This document shows positions 29,030 to 42,797 of a stretch of 64,000 nucleotides of DNA, piece after piece; positions within the stretch are counted from its first letter, which is position 1, and each line of letters starts with the position of its first letter. The position numbers and the translations under genes were made by a program. The notes beneath the pieces are model-generated. The model did not search any database. It was not told where the DNA came from and worked only from the letters and a program-made list of their open reading frames with translations. The DNA comes from Eledone cirrhosa (Eukaryota), in NCBI GenBank assembly GCA_964016885.1, contig OZ024743.1, positions 310,496,001-310,560,000 on the forward strand, read 5' to 3'.

Positions 29030-29760
29030 ACCAACGAAATGGACGAAAAAAAGGGTAGTACTATACAAACATGCCAGACAACAACACGACGGTAACATAG
29101 ACAACATAGAAATTAGAATAATATCTAAACATAGAAATTACCCAGCAGATAGGCAAATCAGAGAGGCCAGTGAAATAGAACTTAGAAGGCCAAGACTAAA
29201 TAGAAAGAATGAATGGAATAACAACAACATCCAAACAAACAACACTGACCTAAGAGAAGTATAAATAAATAAATAAATAGATAAATAACTAAATAAATAA
29301 ATACATAAACAAGCACAATAACAACAAACACATATAAACACACACTAGTAAACATAAAATACATTAACCAATACACAGTCACCTAATCACGAACACACAT
29401 CAAACAAAACACTATACAAACACGCAAACGCATGCGCAAAGAAGACAAAATAAAATAAAAAAAAAACAAATAAATAAATAAATATATAAACAGACTAAAT
29501 AAAGATGGCATAGACATACAATATAACGGGAGGAAACAATAGCACCACTGACGATGTTGCAGATGTGCAACGAAAGAACTTTCATGAACTATATATATGT
29601 GTTTGTGTCTATATTGTATCTGTATTATTTTTGACCGTTGGTCAGTCAATGGCAACATTGAGGACCGAATAAATTAGATTACCGATATAAAAGACACAGA
29701 AGCGAAAAGCGAAAACCAACCAAACAGTGAGTGTGTTCAGTTATTAATTCTGGCAATATT
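29030..29760 (+). mobile_element. PLE 3' fragment: GIY-YIG C-terminus plus pLTR
   Basis: LYKHARQQH...RQIREASEIELRRPRLNRKNEW; HHR-like motif downstream. Confidence 0.7.
29546..29586 (+). ncRNA. Minimal hammerhead-like motif
   Basis: CTGACGA-t-gttgca[gatg]tgcaac-GAAA-gaactt-TC; stems I and III weak. Confidence 0.5.
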
Positions 29761-29779
29761 ACACAAATATGACCCTCCC

Positions 29780-29795
29780 CTATATATATATACAC

Positions 29796-29826
<31 letters not shown>

Positions 29827-29880
29827 TATATATATATTCATATATATATATATATATTCATATATATATATATATATATA

Positions 29881-29967
<87 letters not shown>

Positions 29968-29980
29968 GTATATATATATA

Positions 29981-30076
<96 letters not shown>

Positions 30077-30107
30077 CATATATATATATACATATATATA
30101 TATATAC

Positions 30108-30194
<87 letters not shown>

Positions 30195-30229
30195 CATATA
30201 TATATACATAGCTATATATATATATATAC

Positions 30230-30264
<35 letters not shown>

Positions 30265-30299
30265 CATATATATATACATATATATGCATATATATATAC

Positions 30300-30386
<87 letters not shown>

Positions 30387-30405
30387 CACATATCTATATA
30401 TATAT

Positions 30406-30466
<61 letters not shown>

Positions 30467-30647
30467 CATATATATATATACACATATATATATATATACA
30501 TATATATATACATATATATACATATATATACATATACATATATATATACATATACATATATATATATATACATATATATATACATCTATATATATATATA
30601 CATATACATATATACATATACATATACATATATACATATACATATAA

Positions 30648-30682
<35 letters not shown>

Positions 30683-30683
30683 C

Positions 30684-30749
<66 letters not shown>

Positions 30750-30759
30750 ATATATATAT

Positions 30760-30813
<54 letters not shown>

Positions 30814-30821
30814 ATATATAC

Positions 30822-30874
<53 letters not shown>

Positions 30875-30890
30875 TATACATATATATATA
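29780..30890. repeat. ~1.1-kb (TA)n/(TACA)n tract
   Basis: Direct. Confidence 0.97.
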
Positions 30891-30932
30891 TAGAATTCAC
30901 AGGAATCAAAGTTATGTTCAAACCATTTATTA

Positions 30933-30977
30933 GCTTACAATTGTTTCATCCAAACCGAGGCTTGGTGTCTTCGGAGC
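30933..30977 (-). ncRNA. Minimal type I hammerhead, CCGAAGA core (inverted pLTR copy)
   Basis: gct-CCGAAGA-ca-ccaagc[ctcg]gtttgg-at-GAAA-caattg-TA-agc. Confidence 0.7.
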
Positions 30978-31865
30978 ATTTTTCAATGTTTGTATACATA
31001 CATAACCTCCTTTACAACGCAAAAAACATACAGATACATATGTATATATTGATGTACAGTGGGATGACATATTATATTATTTCTGAATGGCAATTTAAAT
31101 TCAAAAATTAAAATCATATTAAAACAGAATCAAAGCAAAATTAACGTAGATAATGCAAGAGGATAGTTTGTTAGTCAGTTGTAGTAGTTATTGTATGCAT
31201 TAGTTACACGTGGGGCATGCACGTGTGTCTTATTTATATATGATTATTGTGCGCAGTGTGTTATATGCAATACAAGCACTTTAAGCGGGTAATCAAGAGT
31301 ATTATGGAGGTTGTAGTGGTAAGGTATTCTTTGTGTATGATAAAGAAGCTTGTGTGCAGAGAAATAGTATAAATGAGAAGGAAAATAATGTTATGGTTTT
31401 TGTATACACCGCCATTTTCACAATTCAGGAAACGTAATATATAGTTTATACGTCCTTTACATAATTAACGATGATTCCGTATTGGATGTTTGATGTATTA
31501 AGTTAAATTATTATAGCTTGTTTTGCGGCTCAGTGTTCTTTAATCCAGTTTTATAGAGCAGGTTGTTTCTGTTGCGAGAATTTACATCGTTTTATTATCC
31601 GGAAGTATGTGTGTGATTAAGGTGAGTTAATGCGTGAGGGGAGGTAACTAGCTGATTTCTATAACTAAATTTATTATTCCAACATACATTAAAAGGTGTC
31701 TCAATTGAGTCCCTTATATATACGGTTATATACAGTTTCCAAATTTAAGTATCCTATCTTTAATTACAGTCTACTCTATCATGAAGTACTAAAGGTATCT
31801 ATATTAGGATGATTACTCCCTATCATAGAGTGCTACAACTGAATATTCCATACGAAGTGTCAGAC

Positions 31866-33730
31866 TAATCGATTAGACTAATGTGCCCTTCCAAGTCTGA
31901 CATTGGCATTATCAGTGAGATAATTTTAGATAAAATCATCCCACAGATTAAACACAAGACATACCTTAAACAATGGGGAAATACGGGTGAAGTTATTGAA
32001 TGTTTCAAAGATATCAAGGAAAACAAGGATAAAAAAATTATCAAATTTGATATCAATTCATACTACACCTCTATTTACCCTATCCTATTAAATAAGGCAC
32101 TAATCATGGCCATGAACAATAGTGACCTGACTAGACCCCAGATTGATGTCATACTTGCGGCCCGTAAAAGCGTAATCACCTTTGAAGACCAATTATGGAC
32201 CCGCAAGGATACGCAAAACAACTTCGACATAACCGTGGGATCCACTGACTCGGCGCAGGTCACTGATTTGGTCGGCCTATATTTACTAAACGAAATCCAT
32301 AAGGACCTTCCTTACCTCAACGGTGGTTTGTAATGCGATGATGCACTTCTACTTATAGACTATAAAAAATTCAATATAGAAAGAACTAGAAAACTATTGC
32401 ACAAGACTTTCAAAAACTATAACCTAAGTATCACCATAGACAAAAACACTAAAAACGTTAACTTCCTAGACGCCACCCTCTACCTAGACTCAAGGATATA
32501 TACACCCTTTCATAAACCTAACGGCAAACTGATTTACGTAGATACCAAGTCTAACCACCCTAGATCAATATTAAACTCTATCTCTAAAGGAATATCCAAT
32601 AGAATCTCTAATCTATCCTATGACGTAAACATATTTAGCAAAAACTCGCAATATTATAATCAGGCATTAGCTAGATCAGACCACAATAAGGAGATCGAGT
32701 TCCTACCTACAAAAACACATAGCTACAACATTATTTCGCACAATATGTCCATGAGGAAAAATAGTAATAAGAATAGCAACCACACACACGCTAATACGAA
32801 GGATGCCAACAAACGTAACCCACACCACAGAAGTCACCATAATACCAGAAACGGAAACAACTCACCAGACATAAAAAACAAAAATAGAAGAATAAATAAT
32901 ACATTTTCAACCCTCCTTTCAATCTAAACGTCTCTACCAACCTACCTAAGGCTTTCTTCTCACTCCTGGATAAAATCTTCCCATCTGGCCACAAGTACCA
33001 TAGCCTTTTAAACAAAAACACAATTAAAATCTCCTACGCTACCAAGCCTAACATAGCATACCATATAACTAGTAGCAATAAAAGAAAAATTAATTCTTAC
33101 TTCCAACAAACTAAATCACAACAGGAGGTAAACCTTCAAAATAACATTATATCAACTAATCCTGATAACAATAGTAATAATAGTAATAGCACTAATGTAA
33201 GCAATAACGCTGAGAGCGACAACCCCCATAACCATAATGCAACAGCCAACATCCAGACTTCTACACAACATAATAACCGGCAGGCTAACATCCAAAATAA
33301 TTGTAACTGTAGATCTAATAGAACCTGCCCTTTAGATAAAAAAAAATGCTTAATCAAGGATACCATATACTCATGCTCCGTCACAACTAGCAACTCTTCT
33401 GAAACCTATATAGGCTCTACTTCAAACTGCTTCAAAACCAGATACAATTCGCACCTCCATTCTTTCAAAAAACACAGTCGAGACAACTCCACTTCACTAT
33501 CTAGCTACATACACTATCTAAAAACTAAAAATAGATCTTATACACTTAAATGGGAAGTAATAGGTAAGGCGACATCGTACAAACCACCTAATAAATTTTG
33601 TAACCTCTGTCTACTAGAGACCCATACTATTATCTTCTCAAACCATAACCTCCTTAATAAAAAATCGGAGTGTTCGCGTCATGCCAGCACCGCTTCCGAC
33701 ACTCCTTCCAAAACTTTAAACCCAATATAT
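31866..33730 (+). pseudogene. PLE RT + CxCx5Cx5C + GIY-YIG, disrupted
   Basis: FDINSYYTSI, GSTDSAQVTDL, GGL*CDDA, VNFLDATL, SNHP, CNCRSNRTCPLD, IYSC...YIGST...FKTRYNSH, CNLC. Confidence 0.9.
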
Positions 33731-35197
33731 AGCAATGTCAGGCTTGAACCCAACACCACTTCTAGCAACACACCTCAAGGGCACACCTTACACCACAACT
33801 CCACACTCAATGATCCACCCTATCTTAACACAATTCGTGCCATCTATCTAAAGCCTTTTACACTAGAAATATCCCCATGTACACCTACTTTTAGTATAAT
33901 TACTTTCAATTACTTAGACTGTATTATATCACTATATAATTATATGTAAACTTTAAACACCGAATTCAGCAATGAATTATTTGTGCAAATGTTGTTGTAT
34001 GTATGGAGTGCTATAATTAGATAAATAGAGGATTAATTTATTAACATAAAAGAGCTGTATAACCTATATGTTGAGTAACATGAATTATGTACAAGTGGTA
34101 TGTGAGTTATACATACATGTATAACTTGATAGATAGATTAATGACATGTAAGTGAGAAATATTTTTTGGTCTACCCTAGAGGTATTTAACTTTGCAATCA
34201 GCCATACGCTGACCCAGAGCTTACCAGGGGTTATATAGACGTGGTTCTAATAGGGCCCCTGACAGGTTCTGTGAGTAGACTGCATTTACAAAGAACTTTG
34301 ATATGTAGGATCTGACTCTTCGTATGGAATATTAGTTGTAGCACTTTATGATAGAGTAATCATCCTAATATAGATACTTTTAGTACTTCATGATAGAGTA
34401 GACTGTAATTAACGATAGGATACTTAAATTTGGAAACTGTATATAACCGTATATATAAGGGACTCAATTGAGACACCTTTTAATGTATGTTGGAATAATA
34501 AATTTAGTTATAGAAATCAGCTAGTTACCTCCCCTCACGCATTAACTCCCCTTAATCACACACATACTTCCGGATAATAAAACGATGTAAATTCTCGCAA
34601 CAGAAACAACCAGCTCTATAAAATTGGATTAAAGAACACTGAGCCGCAAAACAAGCTATAATAATTTAACTTAATACATCAAACATCCAATACGGAATCA
34701 TCGTTAATTATGTGAAGGACGTATAAACTATATATTACGTTTCCTGAATTGTGAAAATGGTGGTGTATACAAAAACCATAACATTATTTTGCTTCTCATT
34801 TATACTATTTCTCTGCACACAAGCTTCTTTATGATACACAAAAAATACCTTACCTCTACAACCTCAATAATACTCTTGATTACCCGCTTAAAGTGCTTGT
34901 ATTGCATATAACACCCTTCCGCACAATAATCATATATAAATAAGACACACGTGCATGCCCCACGTGTAACTAATGCATACAATAACTACTGCAACTGTCT
35001 AACAAACTATCCTCCTGCATTATCTACGTTAATTTTGCTTTGATTCTGTTTTAATATGATTTTAATTTTTGAATTTAAATTGCCATTCAGAAATAATATA
35101 ATATATGTCACACCACTGTACATCAATATATACATATGTATCTATATGTCTCTTGCGTTGTAAAGGAGGTCATGTATGTATACAAACATTGAAAAAT

Positions 35198-35242
35198 GCT
35201 CCGAAGACACTAAGCCTCGGTTTGGATGAAACAATTGTAAGC
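35198..35242 (+). ncRNA. Minimal type I hammerhead, CCGAAGA core, palindromic stem III
   Basis: gct-CCGAAGA-cactaagc[ctcg]gtttggat-GAAA-caattg-TA-agc. Confidence 0.7.
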
Positions 35243-35444
35243 TAATAAATGGTTTGAACGTAACTTTGATTCCTGTGAATTCTATATAACTGCTCTGTAG
35301 AACAACTGATGTTATTACATTGAGCTATTTATCTTACTGGTAATAAGGTAGTAATAAATTACTGTCTTTCACTGTTTAGGGTTTAAAATATATATAACTA
35401 TAAAAAGTTTTATTATATACATAACCATAAATAGTATCCTTAAT

Positions 35445-35508
35445 ACTATACATATATATATACATATATATATATACATATACATATATATATATATATA
35501 TATATGCA

Positions 35509-35603
<95 letters not shown>

Positions 35604-35611
35604 ATATATAC

Positions 35612-35662
<51 letters not shown>

Positions 35663-35693
35663 TATATATATACATATACATATATACATATAC

Positions 35694-35724
<31 letters not shown>

Positions 35725-35931
35725 TACATATACATATATATATACATATACATATATATATACATATATACATTTATATATATACATATATACATATATA
35801 CATATACATATATATATACATATACATATATATATATATACATATATACATTTATATATATACATATATATACATATATATGTATATATACATATACATA
35901 CATATATATACACATATATATATACATATAC

Positions 35932-35969
<38 letters not shown>

Positions 35970-35981
35970 ATATCTATATAC

Positions 35982-36012
<31 letters not shown>

Positions 36013-36145
36013 CACATATATACAGATATATATATATATACACATATATACATACACATATATACACATATATACACATATATACATACACATATATACA
36101 CATATATACACATATATATATATATATATATACACATATATAGAC

Positions 36146-36241
<96 letters not shown>

Positions 36242-36245
36242 TATA
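35445..36245. repeat. (TA)n/(TACA)n tract
   Basis: Direct. Confidence 0.97.
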
Positions 36246-36679
36246 TATGTGTATCTGTGCGTGTGTGTGTGTGTGTTCGTGTGTGTGCGTGAGTATAGTG
36301 TTTTTTTATGTACCATAACATAGTGTTTCATAGAAAATCAACGATAAATCAAATACGACAGTTGATGGTAAAATGAAAAAAAAGTACTGTGATCGGTATA
36401 ATGGTATATATCACTTTATGACTGCTCCAGCGTGATCGCAGTCTAATTACTGAAACCATTGAAAGAACACAAGTATAAAAGAATCTCTATGTATATATCG
36501 CTTTTTTTCTTCTCACTCACCTGTTGTTTTTTACGATACATTACCTGTTAATTAATCTATATAACCACTATAAATAAAATAAAGCTGTATTTCAAATGCT
36601 CCGTTAACGTGTTATGAAGTGATTTATTTGTTTTGGGCATTGTAATATATGTCGCTAAATGATTATTTACTACTTCTTA

Positions 36680-37860
36680 TGGTGATGTTGGTGCTGGTGT
36701 CGATGTTGCTGGTGATGAAGCTGCTATTGATGCTGTTATTCATACCGCTAGAGATGGTGCTGTTGCAGCATGCATTGCTGTTTACGCTAGTACTGGTTGT
36801 TGGTATTGCTGCTGCTGGTGATGTTACTGGTGGTGGTGCTGCTGGTGGTGGTGCTGCTGGTAGCGATGTTCCTGGTGGTGATGGTGCTCGTTCTAGTGGC
36901 AGTAGTAGTGCTGGTGGTTCTTGTGGTGGTTGTGGTTGTGGTGGTGCTTTTGATATTGGTGTTGCTGCTGCTGGTAGCGGCGGTGGTTGTGGTGGTGGTA
37001 TTGATCCTTGTGTTGCTGCTGGTGGTGGCGGTTGTGGTGATTTGGATGATTCTGCTACTGCTCCTGATAAAGAAGCTGGTTTGCTTCTCCTGCATCCCAC
37101 TTCCTTTAATACGTTCCTATGTCTTCCGTTATCAATACAATGCTCATCATCACCCAAATCTCAGTACAAAAACCACTGCCACCATCACAACCACCCCAAC
37201 ACCACCACCACCACCAACAACAACACCATCATCCCCATCACCACCACCACCACCACCAACAAAAACAACTACTACTACAACGCAACGACACCATCATCCT
37301 CACCACAATCACCGCCACCAACAACAACTACAACAACACCATAATCCCCACCACCACCAACAACAACTACAACAACACCATAATCCCCACCACCACCAAC
37401 AACAACTACAACAACACCATAATCCCCACCACCACCAACAACTACAACAACACCATAATCCCCACCACCACCAACAACAACTACAACAACACCATAATCC
37501 CCACCACCACCAACAACAACTACAACAACACCATCATCCCCACCACCACCAACAACAACTACAACAACACCATCATCCCCACCACCACCACCACCACCAC
37601 CATCACCACCACCAACAACAACAACAACACCATTAACCCCACCACCACAACAAACAACAACAACACCATCATCCCCACCACCACCACAAACAACAACACC
37701 ATCATCCCAACCGCCACCACCACTACCACCACCAACAACAACAGCAATAACAACAACAACAACACCTCGCCACCATCAACATCATCATCAGTGGCAAGAA
37801 CAGCACCAGTAATAGTAGCTGCAGCAGCAGCTTTAGTAGTAGCACCTGTAACTGCACTCA
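36680..37860. repeat. Triplet-rich low-complexity region with a 39-bp minisatellite (~7 units, ~37312-37590)
   Basis: Unit caacaactacaacaacaccataatccccaccaccaccaa; GGT/GCT-rich left half, CAC/CAA-rich right half. Confidence 0.9.
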
Positions 37861-37919
37861 CAATATCGTCCTGCCATCATTGTTATTATTTATATTTTTA
37901 TTAGTATATATCTACGATA

Positions 37920-38140
37920 GGGCGGCGGTGGATGAGAAGAATCAGTGAATTGGAAGAAGTGTCGGTTAAAGTGACTGGTGGTATTTGCTTTCTGAGTTTG
38001 AATCCCACCAAATCAACTTTGTCTTCCATTCTTCCGTGATCGAAAAAAAAAAAGTCACAGACAAGTACTGGAATCAATATTATCGATTTCCTATCCTCAC
38101 AAATCGCAAGTTTTGCGCCTAAATTAGGAATCAATATAAC
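37920..38140 (+). mobile_element. Degenerate SINE family A
   Basis: gagtttgaatcccacc...caactttgtcttccattctt. Confidence 0.55.
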
Positions 38141-38214
38141 TTAATTTCACATCCCCTCAAAATTGTTTGCTTTTTGCTTAAATGTACTATTCATCCCGGC
38201 ATTTATGCTGTGAA

Positions 38215-38460
38215 GTCTCGTGGTTTAGTGGTTAGAGCATTTTACTTACAATTATAATGTCGTGGGTTTGATTTCTGGACCGAGTTGTGTTGTATTCTTA
38301 AACAAAACACATCATTTAACGTAGTCCCAGTATTCTCAGCTGAAAATAAATGATAACAGTAGTTGGGAGGTAAACCATAGACTAACGCCTTATCCAGTTT
38401 GGAGAGTCTTGCACAGAGTCGCTTAGCTCCAAGGAATAACCACCGGTCAATGAAGGCTTC
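38215..38460 (+). mobile_element. Degenerate SINE family B
   Basis: tggtttagtggttagagc A box; homologous to 56595-56840. Confidence 0.55.
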
Positions 38461-38649
38461 CAGATTTGAGACAAACTTTAGACCTTGTATATTTTGAGTT
38501 TAAATCACGTGGCGGTAATCATTGCCTTTCATCCTTCCGAGGGTCATTAAAAAGAAAATACCAGTCACATACTGTGGTCGATGTTTCGAATTTCCCTTAT
38601 CCCCTAAACTGTTGGTCATTTTTTTTTTAAATTATTATTTCAAAATTAC

Positions 38650-39090
38650 ATTTATTTGGTTCCGAGACAATCTCCTGGAGATTTAGTTGTTGTTGACTTC
38701 CAGGAATTAGTCAGAAGAAATAAAAAAAAGGAAAACAAAAAGAAAGAAAGAATAGGGAAATATAGAAAAAAAGAAAGAAAGGAAGAAGAAAAAGAAATTG
38801 AAGGGGAGGGGATGGCTAGAGCTCTGGTGACGCAGAAGAGACGGGAGAGGTGATTAGGCTTTGGGCCTAGCGCAAGAGGGCAGAAGTGCTGCGCTCCGCT
38901 GACAAGACTACAAAAGCATTACCCCGGACGATGGCCTGTGACACCCGCTGAAAAGCCACCCAACTTCGCGGAGCTCCCTCCTCAGACTGGCAGCCGATGC
39001 TCCGATCTTGCAGAGGAGTCCAAGTACGCCTGAGATCTCGACGGCGATGGGTGTGAAAAGGAAGCGGCCGGATAAACCCTGGTATTTTTA
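38650..39090 (-). mobile_element. CRE-clade (RLE) non-LTR retrotransposon 3' end
   Basis: Minus strand KYQGLSGRFLFTPIAVEISGVLG, then after a frameshift FQRVSQAIVRGNA; pyrimidine-rich 3'UTR and AATAAA. Confidence 0.75.
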
Positions 39091-40129
39091 TTATCGTTGA
39101 GTAGTGCAATTGACTATGAATCATAATAGTTTAATTACACAGCAAAATATTATGATTAAACACGCGCAAATATTAATACAATACTTTTATGGCTCCGCCC
39201 CCTACCGGTTCAAACATAGCGAATGAAAATGTCAACAACAACAATTTCACTGACGAATCGACAGTGGTCATTAACTTATCCTTCACCAGGTTTGAACAGA
39301 GCCAATTTCTTCCATAGAAAGTCAGGAAGTGAGATAGAGGAAGATTCGACCTCAGTAATTTATTTAACAACAACGAACGGATGAAAAGCGAAATTGCAGC
39401 CTCGTCTGATATAAAATTAGAGAAAAACGACAAAGCATTCCGGCGTTTTCGCTATTGTACCAATTTGCCGCCTCATACTGTCATTTACATACAATTTGTG
39501 CCGAACGAAAATATTTCGAAATCATCATATTTAACAAGTACATTTGCTAACATGCGATATGTTACGAAATATTTAAATATTAATCTGCAGAAAGGTTCAT
39601 TCTGTGATAAAAACATCTCAAGATGCAGCATTAAGTTACCATATTACTACATCCGGAGCCAAGGACAGAAAAACGTTATCTTTGTCTCAAAATATATAAG
39701 GGATTTTTCATATTACTTGAAAAAATAAACAAATAAAATTTCGACAGATTTGTTTGGGCTAACCCTGCGTTTAGAGCAGGACATGATTATATGACCACGT
39801 ATGTCATATGTGTCATTTTAAACATTTTAACAGCCCCGAACTAAGTAGAAATTGTGAGGTGTACGCTGCTCTCTCATATAATTGTCCCCCAATATTTTGC
39901 GTAAAGAAATAGAAGAGGATCAGATGGCTTTGACAACAATGTTTGCACGCGGCTTGTCACGTTTGTATAGCAATATGGGTGGGTTATCAATGCAGAGGTT
40001 ATGGAGGACGTATATTATCAGAAGAGGTCCGAATGGAGTTACAAGTCATTATGGCGCCCAAAATCCACGGGAATATACAGGAGTTGTGTCCAATACGAAG
40101 GCATACATGTCATGGAGCAGGGCAAGACG

Positions 40130-40640
40130 CCTAATTGCTAAGGATATGGAAGCAAGTATCAGTTGAAAGCACTTGCATTTAGCCGATATCCTAATGATTC
40201 TGCCAATCGACCACCTTCAAAGAGTTTCAAACTCTAGTGCAATGCCAGAGCTTTTTTTCTGTCATGAGAAATTTGACAATAACGACCCCAATATTTGATA
40301 TATATATATATATATATTATAGAGTCGGTAGAATGAAAAGGAAAGTTGACCCCGGTGGCATTTGAACTGAAAATGTAAAGAGCCGGTTCAAATTCCAGAA
40401 GGCATTTTGCCTAACACCCTAACGATTCTGCCAATCCACTTCTCCTTAAATGCGTTTTGATGTACATTGAAGGCGAGCGATTTAGTTCCCAGTTCTTGAC
40501 TGGGGCCTTATATTATCGACCCTGGAAGGAATCTAGGCAAAGTTGATCTTCGGCGGGATTAGAACTCTGAATGTAAAACGACAGAAACATAAATTAGACA
40601 AAGTAAATTCTCCGACACTCTAGTAGTTCTGTCAAGCAAT
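40130..40640 (-). mobile_element. Cluster of 2-3 degenerate SINE family A copies
   Basis: gaatgaaaaggaaagttgacc...tttgaact; ggcaaagttgatcttcggcgggattagaactc. Confidence 0.6.
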
Positions 40641-40908
40641 TAACTGCCGCCACCTGATCCACCATTTTCTTATATTCCTGATAAATAGAATAACATTATA
40701 AATACTAATAGTATGTGTAGACAGGCATTCAAGTATTTTGTAGATTTTCTACTGACGTACATTTTTTACAGGGAATATCTAGTGCATTTTCAATTTATAA
40801 ATGTATTGTTTATGAATTGTTTGTTATAATGCACTTATATATCAGTATACATAAACACACACGCACGTATATATGTGTATATACGTGTATGTGTATAAAT
40901 ATATATAC

Positions 40909-40992
<84 letters not shown>

Positions 40993-41234
40993 GCACACCA
41001 TTATTATAACATGACTAGTGATATTTATTGTGATTCTGGAGCTTGTATTTTTATCATATGTTCTTCGTTTTGCAGAACAATTTGTCGGAGATATATAAAG
41101 TAACACTTTCATCTATATATTTTCTATTTTTTACCTGTATTTTATTCTGATTTTATTCTTAATTTCATTCATAATTTATCTTTATTTATAACGTCATAAC
41201 TATTGATAACGTTTCAAAGAAAATGTGTCCCTCT

Positions 41235-42766
41235 TGTTCTGGTCTTCCCTTATCAGCGTTACTACGCTCCAGCTCACAGAACTCGGTATGCCCCGTTCTG
41301 CTGCCAGTTGCAGTAGAACGCTTCGAGGAGATTGGAGAACAAGTCTGGCATATTTACGTAAAGCTCGTAGGACAGACCATCCAAACCGGTTGACTTGCGT
41401 CTCATGCAGCCGACAAGGGCATCCTGCATCTTGGCTGAAGTAATCGGCCTTTCGCAGCGCCCAGCGTCGGCCATCGAGAGTTGCGGCAAGCCATTGAGGT
41501 AGGGACTGAAATCCACCACCGCCTATGACCTGCCATTTGCCCCGAACAACATAGCAAAATGTTGGCGAAAGGCCTCACATATCCGCTTAGAATCGTTCAG
41601 CTCGTGTCCATCTCGGTCCGTCAAAACCGAATCGTGATTTTATTACCACGCTGCGCCTCTACCACGCGGGCCCATCGAACAGCTTTGGTTCCCTCGTTTC
41701 TCAGAGCACGCGCCTTAGCTCTGACAATGCAACATTCGTGTTTCGAATTGAAGAAATGATCTAATGCCATTCTCGCCGCTAACACGTTAGTTGCAATGCC
41801 ACTACAAATAGCCTCGTCTAACTTATCTACCAATTCCCCCTTCTTTCTATTTTTCTCTAACGCTACATCTTTGCTAAACTCTATCGACATTACCCTAATC
41901 TCTCTGTTGAGAATCCCCACCCACCCACCATCTATTGTTGACGACTCGCCCTGTTAACTTTTTCTTAACTAAATTCTTGACCTGGTCCCTGTAAGCCTTA
42001 CGTGCCGGAAATGACATGTTAAGCTTCCAGTAACCAGGTCCTAATCTACGCGTCTTATCTAGGTCGACCAGACAGATCACAAACTTGTGATTTGAATAGG
42101 CGACGTTTTAAAACGTGGACAGCTTACACTATTTCTGTCTATTTTCCTAATGAATATCCTGTCTATATACGATCTAGATGACCCTATGCGGTTATTCCAG
42201 GTCCACACTGGCGCATTAGGGAAATCTAGTCGGTACCTGTCAGACAGTTGGAACTGGCTGATCAGGTTCTTGAGGCTTTTGCACCCCCCGCTGTTATTGG
42301 ATACTCCCACACAGTCTCAGCGTGCGTCTAAGATGTCGTTCTAGTCTCCCGCTAATAGTAAAGGGCGAGACGTACCCAGAAAGGCTTCCAGGCGTCTAAA
42401 GAAGTCCGGCCGTCCTGCTCCAGTAGGAGCGTAGACGGCCACCAGTCTAAAGGCACCACCTTCGTTATTGTTCACGTCCAGGACCACCAACTTCCCGTCC
42501 GGGTCCCGGAAGATCGACCTTACCTCTAGATCCACGCCTTTCCTAAACAACACTGCGACCTCACCTCCCATTCCCGGCCGACTAACAGATGCAAACATCT
42601 GATAGTCGTCGCAAATGGGGGCTAGTGCGCGCGTCTCGGAAATCCTGGTCTCGATGACGGCAATTACATCCATTTCTAGAGACCTGAGGTCATTTAGCAG
42701 GTGACCCTGCTTCCAGGAAGATCCCAGGTCTCGAACATTTAAACTTCCTTCTCTTAATACGGCCAT
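41235..42766 (-). pseudogene. Tx1 ORF2 N-terminus (AP endonuclease), disrupted
   Basis: MAVLREGSLNVRDL...IETR...VYAP...AGD*. Confidence 0.88.
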
Positions 42767-42797
42767 GTTGGCGGGTTAAAAGAGAGAGAGGAAAGGT

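Larger units (their letters stand above)
30891..35285 (+). mobile_element. Penelope-like element 1: 5'-truncated, with ~975-bp inverted pLTR (30891-31865 vs 34311-35284)
   Basis: Arms are reverse complements; RT and GIY-YIG remnants between; flanked by (TA)n. Confidence 0.92.

Noticed and set aside
37312-37590. Regular 39-bp repeats as a CRISPR-like array
   Set aside because: Head-to-tail units with no unique spacers; eukaryotic minisatellite
36649-37904. Gly/Cys-, Pro/Ala- and Gln/His-rich ORFs resembling structural proteins
   Set aside because: Several frames on both strands are open because of triplet repeats; no domain or clear splice context
38860-39205. GC-rich patch with TCT-like cttccttttc and a GC box, suggesting a 5'TOP promoter or an ncRNA (7SK, RNase P/MRP, telomerase)
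   Set aside because: Explained by CRE retrotransposon coding sequence; diagnostic ncRNA motifs are absent
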